Shown here in pieces: positions 1-11,426 of a stretch of DNA of 64,000 bases. How positions within the stretch are numbered: the first letter of the stretch is position 1; each line of letters opens with the position of its first letter. Location of the stretch: the NCBI RefSeq assembly GCF_003334315.1, contig NZ_QOWR01000003.1; one strand, 5' to 3'. The notes beneath the pieces were generated by a model that was given only the letters and a program-made list of their open reading frames with translations, did no database searches and was not told the origin of the DNA. The position numbers and the translations under genes were made by a program. The stretch comes from Escherichia coli. GTDB lineage: Bacteria; Pseudomonadota; Gammaproteobacteria; Enterobacterales; Enterobacteriaceae.

Positions 1-355
1 AATCATGTTTGCCACGGCGCTTCACGCGTACGCAGAAGGTTTTGCCTTCCAGCTGATCGCGATACTGAACCAACGCTTTCTCGAAAATATCGTGCATGTC
101 GGTAAACGGCACGTCTTCGACTTCGAGAATATGGTGGATACCCGGAATACGGGTCAGAGCGTCGCGAATAGCCAGACGCTGGTTTTCATCTTTTGCGCGA
201 ACTTCGATGTTATCCCAGTGGCGGACGACAGCGAGCGTCTCATCATAGTGCTTTAAAACGTTACGAATGTTCCCGGTAAGGATTTTTATAAAGCGCAAGC
301 GCACAGATTGGCTTTTGATGGTGATTTCCGGGAACAATTTAATGATAAACTTCAT
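1..355 (-). CDS. thiI: tRNA 4-thiouridine synthase ThiI, N-terminal part; gene continues beyond window start
   Basis: Minus-strand ATG at 353-355; my translation of the reverse complement gives [38 protein letters not shown], matching ThiI N-terminus; divergent from xseB as in E. coli. Not in ORF track because it runs off the edge. Confidence 0.8.
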
Positions 356-560
356 GGCGGCAATGCTTCGTTGGCAAGCCTTAAGCGACTTGTATAGGGA
401 AAAATACAGCAGCCCACACCTGCGGCTGCATCCAGGCGCGGAAGTATACCACTAACATCGCTTTGCTGTGCACATCACCTTACCATTGCGCGTTATTTGC
501 TATTTGCCCTGAGTCCGTTACCATGACGGGGCGAAAAATATTGAGAGTCAGACATTCATT

Positions 561-803
561 ATGCCGAAGAAAAATGAGGCGCCCGCCAGCTTTGAAAAGG
601 CGCTGAGCGAGCTGGAACAGATTGTAACCCGTCTGGAAAGTGGCGACCTGCCGCTGGAAGAGGCGCTGAACGAGTTCGAACGCGGCGTGCAGCTGGCACG
701 TCAGGGGCAGGCCAAATTACAACAAGCCGAACAGCGCGTACAAATTCTGCTGTCTGACAATGAAGACGCCTCTCTAACCCCTTTTACACCGGACAATGAG
801 TAA
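561..803 (+). CDS. xseB: Exodeoxyribonuclease VII small subunit
   Basis: 80-aa [25 protein letters not shown]...; synteny xseB-ispA-dxs. Confidence 0.95.
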
Positions 804-1702
804 TGGACTTTCCGCAGCAACTCGAAGCCTGCGTTAAGCAGGCCAACCAGGCGCTGAGCCGTTTTATCGCCCCACTGCCCTTTCAGAACACTCCCGTGGT
901 CGAAACCATGCAGTATGGCGCATTATTAGGTGGTAAGCGCCTGCGACCTTTCCTGGTTTATGCCACCGGTCATATGTTCGGCGTTAGCACAAACACGCTG
1001 GACGCACCCGCTGCCGCCGTTGAGTGTATCCACGCTTACTCATTAATTCATGATGATTTACCGGCAATGGATGATGACGATCTGCGTCGCGGTTTGCCAA
1101 CCTGCCATGTGAAGTTTGGCGAAGCAAACGCGATTCTCGCTGGCGACGCTTTACAAACGCTGGCGTTCTCGATTTTAAGCGATGCCGATATGCCGGAAGT
1201 GTCGGACCGCGACAGAATTTCGATGATTTCTGAACTGGCGAGCGCCAGTGGTATTGCCGGAATGTGCGGTGGTCAGGCATTAGATTTAGACGCGGAAGGC
1301 AAACACGTACCTCTGGACGCGCTTGAGCGTATTCATCGTCATAAAACCGGCGCATTGATTCGCGCCGCCGTTCGCCTTGGTGCATTAAGCGCCGGAGATA
1401 AAGGACGTCGTGCTCTGCCGGTACTCGACAAGTATGCAGAGAGCATCGGCCTTGCCTTCCAGGTTCAGGATGACATCCTGGATGTGGTGGGAGATACTGC
1501 AACGTTGGGAAAACGCCAGGGTGCCGACCAGCAACTTGGTAAAAGTACCTACCCTGCACTTCTGGGTCTTGAGCAAGCCCGGAAGAAAGCCCGGGATCTG
1601 ATCGACGATGCCCGTCAGTCGCTGAAACAACTGGCTGAACAGTCACTCGATACCTCGGCACTGGAAGCGCTAGCGGACTACATCATCCAGCGTAATAAAT
1701 AA
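803..1702 (+). CDS. ispA: Farnesyl diphosphate synthase
   Basis: 299-aa ORF with polyprenyl synthase motifs LIHDDLPAMDDDDLRRG and FQVQDDILD; start overlaps xseB stop (ATGA-type coupling). Confidence 0.95.
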   Translation: MDFPQQLEACVKQANQALSRFIAPLPFQNTPVVETMQYGALLGGKRLRPFLVYATGHMFGVSTNTLDAPAAAVECIHAYSLIHDDLPAMDDDDLRRGLPTCHVKFGEANAILAGDALQTLAFSILSDADMPEVSDRDRISMISELASASGIAGMCGGQALDLDAEGKHVPLDALERIHRHKTGALIRAAVRLGALSAGDKGRRALPVLDKYAESIGLAFQVQDDILDVVGDTATLGKRQGADQQLGKSTYPALLGLEQARKKARDLIDDARQSLKQLAEQSLDTSALEALADYIIQRNK

Positions 1703-1726
1703 ACAATAAGTATTAATAGGCCCCTG

Positions 1727-3589
1727 ATGAGTTTTGATATTGCCAAATACCCGACCCTGGCACTGGTCGACTCCACCCAGGAGTTACGACTGTTGCCGAA
1801 AGAGAGTTTACCGAAACTCTGCGACGAACTGCGCCGCTATTTACTCGACAGCGTGAGCCGTTCCAGCGGGCACTTCGCCTCCGGGCTGGGCACGGTCGAA
1901 CTGACCGTGGCGCTGCACTATGTCTACAACACCCCGTTTGACCAATTGATTTGGGATGTGGGGCATCAGGCTTATCCGCATAAAATTTTGACCGGACGCC
2001 GCGACAAAATCGGCACCATCCGTCAGAAAGGCGGTCTGCACCCGTTCCCGTGGCGCGGCGAAAGCGAATATGACGTATTAAGCGTCGGGCATTCATCAAC
2101 CTCCATCAGTGCCGGAATTGGTATTGCGGTTGCTGCCGAGAAAGAAGGCAAAAATCGCCGCACCGTCTGTGTAATCGGCGATGGTGCGATTACCGCAGGC
2201 ATGGCGTTTGAAGCGATGAATCACGCGGGCGATATCCGTCCTGATATGCTGGTGGTTCTCAACGACAATGAAATGTCGATTTCCGAAAATGTCGGCGCGC
2301 TCAACAACCATCTGGCGCAGCTGCTTTCCGGTAAGCTTTACTCTTCACTGCGCGAAGGCGGGAAAAAAGTTTTCTCTGGCGTTCCGCCAATTAAAGAGCT
2401 GCTCAAACGCACCGAAGAACATATTAAAGGCATGGTAGTGCCTGGCACGTTGTTTGAAGAGCTGGGCTTTAACTACATCGGCCCGGTTGACGGTCACGAT
2501 GTGCTGGGGCTTATCACCACGCTTAAGAACATGCGCGACCTGAAAGGCCCGCAGTTCCTGCATATCATGACCAAAAAAGGTCGTGGTTATGAACCGGCAG
2601 AAAAAGACCCAATCACTTTCCACGCCGTGCCTAAATTTGATCCCTCCAGCGGTTGTTTGCCGAAAAGTAGCGGCGGTTTGCCGAGCTATTCAAAAATCTT
2701 TGGCGACTGGTTGTGCGAAACGGCAGCGAAAGACAACAAGCTGATGGCGATTACTCCGGCGATGCGTGAAGGTTCCGGCATGGTCGAGTTTTCACGTAAA
2801 TTCCCGGATCGCTACTTCGACGTGGCAATTGCCGAGCAACACGCGGTGACCTTTGCTGCGGGTCTGGCGATTGGTGGGTACAAACCCATTGTCGCGATTT
2901 ACTCCACTTTCCTGCAACGCGCCTATGATCAGGTGCTGCATGACGTGGCGATTCAAAAGCTTCCGGTCCTGTTCGCCATCGACCGCGCGGGCATTGTTGG
3001 TGCTGACGGTCAAACCCATCAGGGTGCTTTTGATCTCTCTTACCTGCGCTGCATACCGGAAATGGTCATTATGACCCCGAGCGATGAAAACGAATGTCGC
3101 CAGATGCTCTATACCGGCTATCACTATAACGATGGCCCGTCAGCGGTGCGCTACCCGCGTGGCAACGCGGTCGGCGTGGAACTGACGCCGCTGGAAAAAC
3201 TACCAATTGGCAAAGGCATTGTGAAGCGTCGTGGCGAGAAACTGGCGATCCTTAACTTTGGTACGCTGATGCCAGAAGCGGCGAAAGTCGCCGAATCGCT
3301 GAACGCCACGCTGGTCGATATGCGTTTTGTGAAACCGCTTGATGAAGCGTTAATTCTGGAAATGGCCGCCAGCCATGAAGCGCTGGTCACCGTAGAAGAA
3401 AACGCCATTATGGGCGGCGCAGGCAGCGGCGTGAACGAAGTGCTGATGGCCCATCGTAAACCAGTACCCGTGCTGAACATTGGCCTGCCGGACTTCTTTA
3501 TTCCGCAAGGAACTCAGGAAGAAATGCGCGCCGAACTCGGCCTCGATGCCGCTGGTATGGAAGCCAAAATCAAGGCCTGGCTGGCATAA
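1727..3589 (+). CDS. dxs: 1-deoxy-D-xylulose-5-phosphate synthase
   Basis: 620-aa [29 protein letters not shown]...; TPP-binding [18 protein letters not shown] motif. Confidence 0.97.
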
Positions 3590-3593
3590 TCCC

Positions 3594-3766
3594 TACTCCA
3601 CTCCTGCTATGCTTAAGAAATTATTCATAGACTCTAAATAATTCGAGTTGCAGGAAGGCGGCAAACGAGTGAAGCCCCAGGAGCTTACATAAGTAAGTGA
3701 CTGGGGTGAACGAATGCAGCCGCAGCACATGCAACTTGAAGTATGACGAGTATAGCAGGAGTGGCA
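3594..3766. repeat. ERIC/IRU-like intergenic repeat (large imperfect palindrome)
   Basis: Contains AAGCCCCAGGAGCTTACATAAGTAAGTGACTGGGGTGAACG core typical of ERIC; flanked by inverted arms CTACTCCACTCCTGCTAT (3593-3610) and ATAGCAGGAGTGGCAG (3752-3767); lies between dxs stop and yajO start. Confidence 0.7.
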
Positions 3767-3768
3767 GC

Positions 3769-4743
3769 ATGCAATACAACCCCTTAGGAAAAACCGACCT
3801 TCGCGTTTCCCGACTTTGCCTCGGCTGTATGACCTTTGGCGAGCCAGATCGCGGTAATCACGCATGGACACTGCCGGAAGAAAGCAGCCGTCCCATAATT
3901 AAACGTGCACTGGAAGGCGGCATAAATTTCTTTGATACCGCCAACAGTTATTCTGACGGCAGCAGCGAAGAGATCGTCGGTCGCGCACTGCGGGATTTCG
4001 CCCGTCGTGAAGACGTGGTCGTTGCGACCAAAGTGTTCCATCGCGTTGGTGATTTACCGGAAGGATTATCCCGTGCGCAAATTTTGCGCTCTATCGACGA
4101 CAGCCTGCGACGTCTCGGCATGGATTATGTCGATATCCTGCAAATTCATCGCTGGGATTACAACACGCCGATCGAAGAGACGCTGGAAGCCCTCAACGAC
4201 GTGGTAAAAGCCGGGAAAGCGCGTTATATCGGCGCGTCATCAATGCACGCTTCGCAGTTTGCTCAGGCACTGGAACTCCAAAAACAGCACGGCTGGGCGC
4301 AGTTTGTCAGTATGCAGGATCACTACAATCTGATTTATCGTGAAGAAGAGCGCGAGATGCTACCACTGTGTTATCAGGAGGGCGTGGCGGTAATTCCATG
4401 GAGCCCGCTGGCAAGGGGCCGTCTGACGCGTCCGTGGGGAGAAACTACCGCACGACTGGTGTCTGATGAGGTGGGGAAAAATCTCTATAAAGAAAGCGAT
4501 GAAAATGACGCGCAGATCGCAGAGCGGTTAACAGGCGTCAGTGAAGAACTGGGGGCGACACGAGCACAAGTTGCGCTGGCCTGGTTGTTGAATAAACCGG
4601 GCATTGCCGCACCGATTATCGGAACTTCGCGCGAAGAACAGCTTGATGAGCTATTGAACGCGGTGGATATCACTTTGAAGCCGGAACAGATTGCCGAACT
4701 GGAAACGCCGTATAAACCGCATCCTGTCGTAGGATTTAAATAA
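3769..4743 (+). CDS. yajO: Aldo-keto reductase family oxidoreductase YajO
   Basis: ORF track 3697..4743 trimmed to internal ATG at 3769 (MQYNPLGKTDLRVSRLCLGCMTFGEP...), 324 aa; upstream part of track ORF lies inside the ERIC repeat. Confidence 0.9.
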   Translation: MQYNPLGKTDLRVSRLCLGCMTFGEPDRGNHAWTLPEESSRPIIKRALEGGINFFDTANSYSDGSSEEIVGRALRDFARREDVVVATKVFHRVGDLPEGLSRAQILRSIDDSLRRLGMDYVDILQIHRWDYNTPIEETLEALNDVVKAGKARYIGASSMHASQFAQALELQKQHGWAQFVSMQDHYNLIYREEEREMLPLCYQEGVAVIPWSPLARGRLTRPWGETTARLVSDEVGKNLYKESDENDAQIAERLTGVSEELGATRAQVALAWLLNKPGIAAPIIGTSREEQLDELLNAVDITLKPEQIAELETPYKPHPVVGFK

Positions 4744-4751
4744 GAGTCCAG

Positions 4752-4784
4752 GCCTGATGAGACGTGACAAGCGTCACATCAGGC
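4752..4784. repeat. REP-like palindrome between convergent yajO and pgpA (likely bidirectional terminator)
   Basis: GCCTGATGAGACGTGACAAGCGTCACATCAGGC, near-perfect inverted repeat. Confidence 0.5.
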
Positions 4785-4796
4785 ATCGGTGCACAA

Positions 4797-5315
4797 CTAC
4801 GACAGAATACCCAGCGGCCAGTGATGACCGATAAAATACAGGATGCCTGCGGAAATCACCCCGGCGACAATATCGTCGATCATGATCCCCATGCCGCCAT
4901 GCACATTGCGATCAAACCAGCGGATCGGCCACGGCTTCCACATATCCAGAATACGGAAAATCACAAACCCGGCGGCAACCCACTGCCAGTCATTGGTCGG
5001 CAGCGCCATGAGCGTGATCCACATACCAATAAATTCGTCCCAGACAATGCTGCCATGATCGTGCACACCCATGTCTTTCGCCGTTTGATGACAAAGATAG
5101 ACGCCGATACAGATCCCCAGCATCACCACCAGCGAATAGAGCTGCCAGGGCAAAAAGGTCATCAGATACCAGAACGGAATCGCTGCCAGCGATCCCATCG
5201 TCCCAGGAATGATCGGGCTTAATCCACTTCCGAATCCGACAGCAAGCAGATGCCACGGATTACTCATCTTCAGGCGACTTTTCGCGACATCTTTATGGCG
5301 TGGCAAAATGGTCAT
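4797..5315 (-). CDS. pgpA: Phosphatidylglycerophosphatase A
   Basis: 172-aa [34 protein letters not shown]...; membrane protein. Confidence 0.95.
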   Translation of the reverse strand: MTILPRHKDVAKSRLKMSNPWHLLAVGFGSGLSPIIPGTMGSLAAIPFWYLMTFLPWQLYSLVVMLGICIGVYLCHQTAKDMGVHDHGSIVWDEFIGMWITLMALPTNDWQWVAAGFVIFRILDMWKPWPIRWFDRNVHGGMGIMIDDIVAGVISAGILYFIGHHWPLGILS

Positions 5316-6270
5316 ATCCTTTCCAGTCTAACGTGACAGGTTCGCCGTCACGAACAAAACAGAGTCCTTCTATATCGGCGGTCATTTGCCCGATACAGGT
5401 AAATGGTACGCCCAGATGTCCCAAAGCGACATCCAGCGCGCCACGGTTCAGTTCCGGCACCGTGAAACACAACTCGTAATCTTCGCCACCAGAGAGCGCC
5501 CAGCGCAGCGCCTGTTCCGGTTCAACGTGGCGAGAAAGTGCGTCAGAAAACGGCAGCAATGCCAGGCCAATACGTGCGCCGCAGTCGCTGGCTTTCACGA
5601 TATGCCCGAGATCGGAAATCAAACCGTCAGAGAGATCGATGGCTGAATTTGCCAGATCGCGCAGTGCCTGCCCCTGTAAAATACGCGGCGATGGACGGAG
5701 ATGACGTTTGATCAAGTAGTCCGCATCTTTAGCATCGGCAACCTGCAAACGGTTTTGCAAAATCGCCAGCCCGGCGGCGCTATCGCCCGGTGTACCGGTC
5801 ACATAGATCCAGTCACCCGGTTTCGCCCCAGAGCGCGTTAAGGCTCGTCCCATCGGAACAAAGCCGTGGATACCCAACGTCATTGATAATGGCCCACGCG
5901 TGGTATCGCCGCCAATGAGTTGCATATCGTAATAATTGAGAAGATCAAACAAACTGTCGCTGAAGGACTCAAGCCACGCTTCGTCTACGTCCGGTAAGGT
6001 TAATGCCAGCGTCAGCCAGGCCGGATCGGCCCCCATCGCTGCCAGATCGCTTAGGTTCACCGCCAGTGCTTTATAAGCCAGATCAGCAGGATCGATATCA
6101 GGGAGGAAGTGGTTGCCCGCCACCAGCGTATCAGTGCTGATCGCCAGGGTCTGTTTCTCGGGGATATTGAGAAGAGCGCAATCGTCGCCGATGCCCAGTT
6201 CGACATCAAGACGAGAACTTCTTACACGGTCAAAATAACGGGCAATCAGGGAGAACTCGCCACATGCCAT
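5293..6270 (-). CDS. thiL: Thiamine-monophosphate kinase
   Basis: 325-aa [19 protein letters not shown]...; 3' end overlaps pgpA start by 23 nt. Confidence 0.95.
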   Translation of the reverse strand: MACGEFSLIARYFDRVRSSRLDVELGIGDDCALLNIPEKQTLAISTDTLVAGNHFLPDIDPADLAYKALAVNLSDLAAMGADPAWLTLALTLPDVDEAWLESFSDSLFDLLNYYDMQLIGGDTTRGPLSMTLGIHGFVPMGRALTRSGAKPGDWIYVTGTPGDSAAGLAILQNRLQVADAKDADYLIKRHLRPSPRILQGQALRDLANSAIDLSDGLISDLGHIVKASDCGARIGLALLPFSDALSRHVEPEQALRWALSGGEDYELCFTVPELNRGALDVALGHLGVPFTCIGQMTADIEGLCFVRDGEPVTLDWKGYDHFATP

Positions 6271-6347
6271 ACGTTATGCCTCAGCAGGTAAAAAAGAAAA
6301 GGCCGGCGATCATGGAACAGTCTTCCGTGAATCTACCGGCCTGGATA

Positions 6348-6767
6348 TTACTTTTTGTTAGGGCGAATCACAGGTGCTGCTTTATCGAGTACGCCGTTGA
6401 CGAACTTATGGCTGTCTTCTGCGCCGAACGATTTCGCCAGTTCGATCGCTTCGTTAATGGCCACTTTGTATGGCACATCGCTACGTTTAGACAGTTCGTA
6501 CAGCGCAATGCGCAGTACTGCTTTTTCTACCTGTCCCAGTTCTTCCAGCAGGCGGGACAGGTATGGCTTCATCAGTCCGTCGAGGTATGCGGTATTAGTC
6601 GCCACCCCGGCCAGCAGCTCACGGAAGTACAGGACGTCAACGTCTTTTACATCCTGTTCAGCCAGGAACTGGTATTCAACATCAGCGATGTCGTTCTGGG
6701 ACAACTGCCAGGAGTAGAGCGCCTGGACGGCACACTCACGAGCGCGGCGACGAGCAGCAGGTTTCAC
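6348..6767 (-). CDS. nusB: Transcription antitermination factor NusB
   Basis: 139-aa [37 protein letters not shown]... Confidence 0.97.
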
Positions 6768-6786
6768 GGATTTCCCCTTACTAATT

Positions 6787-7257
6787 TCAGGCCTTGATGG
6801 CTTTCAATACATTAATCATTTCAAGCGCGGTCAGTGCAGCTTCTGCACCTTTGTTGCCAGCTTTGGTGCCAGCACGTTCGATCGCTTGTTCAATGCTTTC
6901 AGTGGTCAGAACCCCAAAAGCAACCGGAATTTCGCTGTCCTGGGCAACATGCGCCAGGCCGTTGCTTGCACCACCAGCGACATATTCAAAATGGGCAGTG
7001 CCACCACGAATAACCGTACCCAGCGCAATCACCGCGTCGTATTTACCGGTTTTAGCCAGTGCACCCGCCGCCAGCGGCAGCTCATAGGCACCAGGCACCC
7101 AAACAACGGTAATGTTTTCATCTTTTACCTGACCGATACGTTTCAGTGCATCAATTGCACCTTCCAGCAGGCTGTCATTGATAAAGTTGTTGAAACGCGC
7201 GATGGTGATGGCGACGCGAGCGTCCGGGGTAGCAACGTTAGCTTCAATAATGTTCAT
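6787..7257 (-). CDS. ribE: 6,7-dimethyl-8-ribityllumazine synthase
   Basis: ORF track 6787..7353 trimmed to ATG at 7255-7257 ([27 protein letters not shown]...), 156 aa. Confidence 0.95.
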
Positions 7258-7345
7258 TTTCTTCCTTCGGGTTCGAGTATGGCCCCGCAGGGGGGCGGAT
7301 TTTAGCATAATATTTTGTGCGCTGCTTCCCTTTCGAGCCGGGAGA

Positions 7346-8449
7346 TCATGCACCCACTAAATGCAGGCAAACATCCGGGCCTACATGACGTATCTCTTTG
7401 AATTTAAATTGGGGGGCGTCGGCTAATTTCTCAAGCCCTGGCAGCGAGCATAATCCACGGGCGTCGCTGCCTAATAGTTTAGGTGCGATATAGACAATCA
7501 GCTCATCGACTAAACCCGCCTGCAGCAATGCGCCAGCGAGCGTTGGCCCCGCTTCCACCCAGATGCTGTTAATTTGCTGTTTACCCAGTTGCATCATCAG
7601 TACAACCAGATCCAGATGACCTTTATGCGCTGGAATCAGCAAGGTACGCACCGTTTCCGGCCACTCACGAGAATCTTCCTGCGTACGCGCGAACCAGGTT
7701 TCGCCGGGCTGCTGCACAATGCGATGTACCGGCGTCACGCGATTTTGGCTATCAATCACAATACGTATCGGCTGACGGAGATTTTGTTGCGGATAGAGCG
7801 CCTGAGTTTGTTCATCCAGTTCAGACCAACGCACCGTTAAGGCAGGATCATCCGCCAGCACCGTGGCGCTGCTGGTTAAAATGGCATGACTTTGCGCGCG
7901 CAGTAGTTGTACATCACGCCGCGCCTGGGGCGAAGTGATCCACTGGCTTTCGCCGCTCGCCATCGCCGTGCGACCATCAAGCGATGCGCCAAGTTTTAAC
8001 TGAATATAAGGAAAGCCGGTGCGCATCCGCTTGAGAAAGCCTTTATTCAATTGCTCGGCTTCACTCATCATCAGGCCGTGGCTGACGTCAATGCCAGCCT
8101 GTTGCAGACGGTAAAGTCCACGCCCAGCGACCTGCGGGTTAGGATCCTGCATCGAGGCAACCACGCGCGCTACGCCAGCGGCGATGAGTGCGTCACAGCA
8201 CGGTGGCGTACGACCATGATGGCTACAGGGTTCGAGTGTGACATAGGCGGTCGCACCTTTGGCTTTTTCACCCGCCATACGCAACGCGTGTACTTCGGCA
8301 TGTGGTTCACCCGCACGTTGGTGGTAACCTTCACCGACAATTTCGCCATCTTTGACAATGACGCACCCGACATTCGGGTTGGGATGCGTGGTAAAACGTC
8401 CTCGTTGCGCCAGCTTTAGCGCCCGCGCCATGTAATACTCGTCCTGCAC
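7346..8449 (-). CDS. ribD: Bifunctional riboflavin biosynthesis deaminase/reductase RibD
   Basis: 367-aa ORF with cytidine-deaminase zinc motif HAEVHAL...[11 protein letters not shown]. Confidence 0.95.
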
Positions 8450-8452
8450 GGC

Positions 8453-8938
<486 letters not shown>

Positions 8939-9052
8939 TTACCCTGAACTGACGATACAACAAAGGCGCAACGCTTTTGAGATAAAGGATCGATGCTTTC
9001 GCTGCTTTTACCCTCTACCATTAGGCTAATTGCGACGAGAAAGGGACGACCT

Positions 9053-9592
9053 ATGAATACTAACGTTTTTCGACTGCTCCTGCTGGGAAGCCTGTTCAGC
9101 CTTAGCGCCTGTGTGCAGCAAAGTGAAGTGCGACAGATGAAACACAGCGTCAGCACGCTGAACCAGGAGATGACGCAACTCAATCAAGAAACAGTCAAAA
9201 TCACTCAGCAAAACAGGCTGAATGCAAAATCCAGCAGTGGGGTTTACCTTCTGCCTGGAGCGAAAACACCGGCAAGACTGGAAAGCCAGATCGGTACTTT
9301 ACGTATGTCGCTGGTGAATATTACGCCTGATACAGATGGCACCACCCTGACGCTACGTATTCAGGGCGAGTCGAATGATCCCTTGCCCGCATTCAGCGGA
9401 ACTGTTGAATATGGGCAAATTCAGGGAACAATAGACAACTTTCAGGAAATCAATGTGCAGAATCAATTGATTAATGCCCCTGCCAGCGTCCTTGCCCCCA
9501 GCGATGTTGATATTCCGTTACAGTTAAAGGGGATTTCTGTGGATCAATTAGGCTTTGTACGTATCCACGACATTCAACCTGTTATGCATTAA
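9053..9592 (+). CDS. yajI: Lipoprotein YajI
   Basis: ORF track 8993..9592 trimmed to ATG 9053 (MNTNVFRLLLLGSLFSLSAC... lipobox LSAC), 179 aa. Confidence 0.85.
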   Translation: MNTNVFRLLLLGSLFSLSACVQQSEVRQMKHSVSTLNQEMTQLNQETVKITQQNRLNAKSSSGVYLLPGAKTPARLESQIGTLRMSLVNITPDTDGTTLTLRIQGESNDPLPAFSGTVEYGQIQGTIDNFQEINVQNQLINAPASVLAPSDVDIPLQLKGISVDQLGFVRIHDIQPVMH

Positions 9593-9719
9593 ACGTATTG
9601 CGGGGCAATTTTGTGCGTCCCGCAACATCTTTCCCCGTCATTTTGTTACTCCGCTTACATCACCCAGATTGATAGTAAAAGTTTGCAACAAGGGTGAAAG
9701 TCAGTACAATCCCTGCCCG

Positions 9720-9842
9720 AATGTGTGTAAACGTGAACGCAATCGATTACGTAAATGATAGAACTGTGAAACGAAACATATTTTTGTGAGCAATGATTTT
9801 TATAATAGGCTCCTCTGTATACGAAATATTTAGAAACGCAAT
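9720..9842 (+). promoter_or_regulatory. tsx promoter region with CRP-type TGTGA half-sites and TATAAT -10
   Basis: TGTGA at 9765-9769 and TGTGAG at 9786-9791, TATAAT at 9801-9806, about 85 nt upstream of tsx ATG; tsx is known to be CRP/CytR/DeoR controlled. Confidence 0.4.
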
Positions 9843-9890
9843 TTGCGCCTTTTTCACTCCCGCAAGGGATTTTCAAACAGTGGCATACAT

Positions 9891-10775
9891 ATGAAAAAAA
9901 CATTACTGGCAGCCGGTGCGGTACTGGCGCTCTCTTCGTCTTTTACTGTCAACGCAGCTGAAAACGACAAACCGCAGTATCTTTCCGACTGGTGGCACCA
10001 GAGCGTTAACGTTGTCGGAAGCTATCACACCCGTTTCGGACCGCAGATCCGCAACGATACCTACCTTGAGTACGAAGCATTCGCTAAAAAAGACTGGTTC
10101 GACTTCTATGGTTATGCGGATGCGCCGGTATTCTTCGGCGGTAACTCCGATGCAAAAGGTATCTGGAACCACGGTTCTCCGCTGTTTATGGAAATCGAAC
10201 CACGTTTCTCCATCGACAAGCTGACCAATACTGACCTTAGCTTCGGTCCGTTCAAAGAGTGGTACTTCGCGAACAACTACATTTACGACATGGGTCGTAA
10301 TAAAGATGGTCGCCAGAGCACCTGGTACATGGGTCTGGGTACCGATATCGACACTGGCCTGCCGATGAGCCTGTCCATGAACGTCTATGCGAAATACCAG
10401 TGGCAGAACTATGGCGCAGCGAACGAAAACGAGTGGGACGGTTACCGTTTCAAAATTAAATACTTTGTGCCGATTACCGATCTGTGGGGCGGTCAGCTGA
10501 GCTACATCGGCTTCACCAACTTCGACTGGGGTTCCGATTTAGGGGATGACAGCGGTAACGCAATCAACGGTATTAAGACCCGTACTAATAACTCTATCGC
10601 TTCCAGCCATATTCTGGCTCTGAACTACGATCACTGGCACTACTCTGTCGTAGCTCGTTACTGGCACGACGGTGGTCAGTGGAACGACGATGCAGAACTG
10701 AACTTCGGCAACGGCAACTTCAACGTTCGCTCTACCGGCTGGGGTGGTTACCTGGTAGTAGGTTACAACTTCTGA
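9891..10775 (+). CDS. tsx: Nucleoside-specific outer membrane channel Tsx
   Basis: ORF track 9843..10775 trimmed to ATG 9891 ([22 protein letters not shown] signal peptide), 294 aa, ends ...VVGYNF. Confidence 0.95.
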
Positions 10776-10785
10776 TTATGAAAAT

Positions 10786-10810
10786 GCCGGGATTTATTCC
10801 CGGCATTTCT
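10786..10810 (+). terminator. Rho-independent terminator of tsx
   Basis: GCCGGGA-TTTAT-TCCCGGC hairpin followed by ATTTCT, 11 nt after the tsx stop. Confidence 0.6.
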
Positions 10811-10848
10811 GATTGTTAACAACGTGTGCTTTGTTCATGCCGGATGCG

Positions 10849-10936
10849 GCGTAAACGCTTTGTCCGGCCAACAAAAGCACGTAAATTCAATATATTGCTG
10901 AAATAACGTAGGCCTGATAAGCGTAGCGCATCAGGC
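10849..10936. repeat. BIME (two REP units)
   Basis: GCCGGATGCGGCGTAAACGC...TGTCCGGCC and GTAGGCCTGATAAGCGTAGCGCATCAGGC. Confidence 0.7.
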
Positions 10937-10951
10937 AATTTTACGTTTTAA

Positions 10952-11299
10952 TCACTTCTTCTTGTTCATCATCGCTTTCAGGTCAGCGAATGGGTTGTAC
11001 TTCGCTTCACCGACATCTTTCTGCGCATCTTCCCCTGCGATAACGGTCGTACCATACTGATCCGCTTCGGTATATTTCGAATGCTCATGATCGTGGCAAT
11101 AGAGACACAACAATTCCCAGTTACTGCCATCTTCCGGGTTATTGGTATGGTCGTGATCAATGTGGTGAACGGTAAGTTCACGCAGGTTGGAATAAACAAA
11201 CTCGCGGGAACAGCGACCGCAGACCCACGGATAGATTTTTAATGCTTTTTCGCGATAGCCGCTTTCTAACCGCGCATAGTTTTTTGGGATGATAGCCAT
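10952..11299 (-). CDS. yajD: HNH-motif small protein YajD
   Basis: 115-aa ORF MAIIPKNYARLESGYREKALKIYPWVCGRCSREF...HHIDHDHTNN...CLYCHDHEH (Cys pairs plus His-Me finger-like motif). Confidence 0.9.
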   Translation of the reverse strand: MAIIPKNYARLESGYREKALKIYPWVCGRCSREFVYSNLRELTVHHIDHDHTNNPEDGSNWELLCLYCHDHEHSKYTEADQYGTTVIAGEDAQKDVGEAKYNPFADLKAMMNKKK

Positions 11300-11374
11300 G
11301 AAAAGTTACCTGGATGAAATGTAGGGTTACGCGCAGTTTCCCAAGATGCGGGGATTTTCGCAATCTCCATACAT

Positions 11375-11405
11375 CAAAAAAATCCCGATCTTCTGACCGG
11401 GATTT
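11375..11405 (-). terminator. Rho-independent terminator after secF
   Basis: Minus-strand hairpin AAATCCCGGTCAGAAGATCGGGATTT followed by T7 run. Confidence 0.6.
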
Positions 11406-11426
11406 TCAACATCAACGGGAACTTGA

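Noticed and set aside
5-256. 83-aa plus-strand ORF at window start
   Set aside because: Antisense to the thiI N-terminal coding region, whose translation matches ThiI.
984-1661. 225-aa minus-strand ORF inside ispA
   Set aside because: Lies antisense within a well-conserved gene; Arg/Pro-rich low-complexity translation typical of antisense frames in GC-rich coding DNA; no ribosome-binding site or known homologue recognised.
6787-7353. N-terminally extended ORF-track calls (for example ribE 188 aa; also yajO, tsx, secF, yajC, sbcD, araJ, mak, rdgC, yaiI, proC, psiF, phoA, yaiZ, sbmA, hemB, tauA, frmR, yaiL, mhpT)
   Set aside because: Longest-ORF extensions upstream of the real start; trimmed to the ATG/GTG that reproduces the known protein N-terminus.
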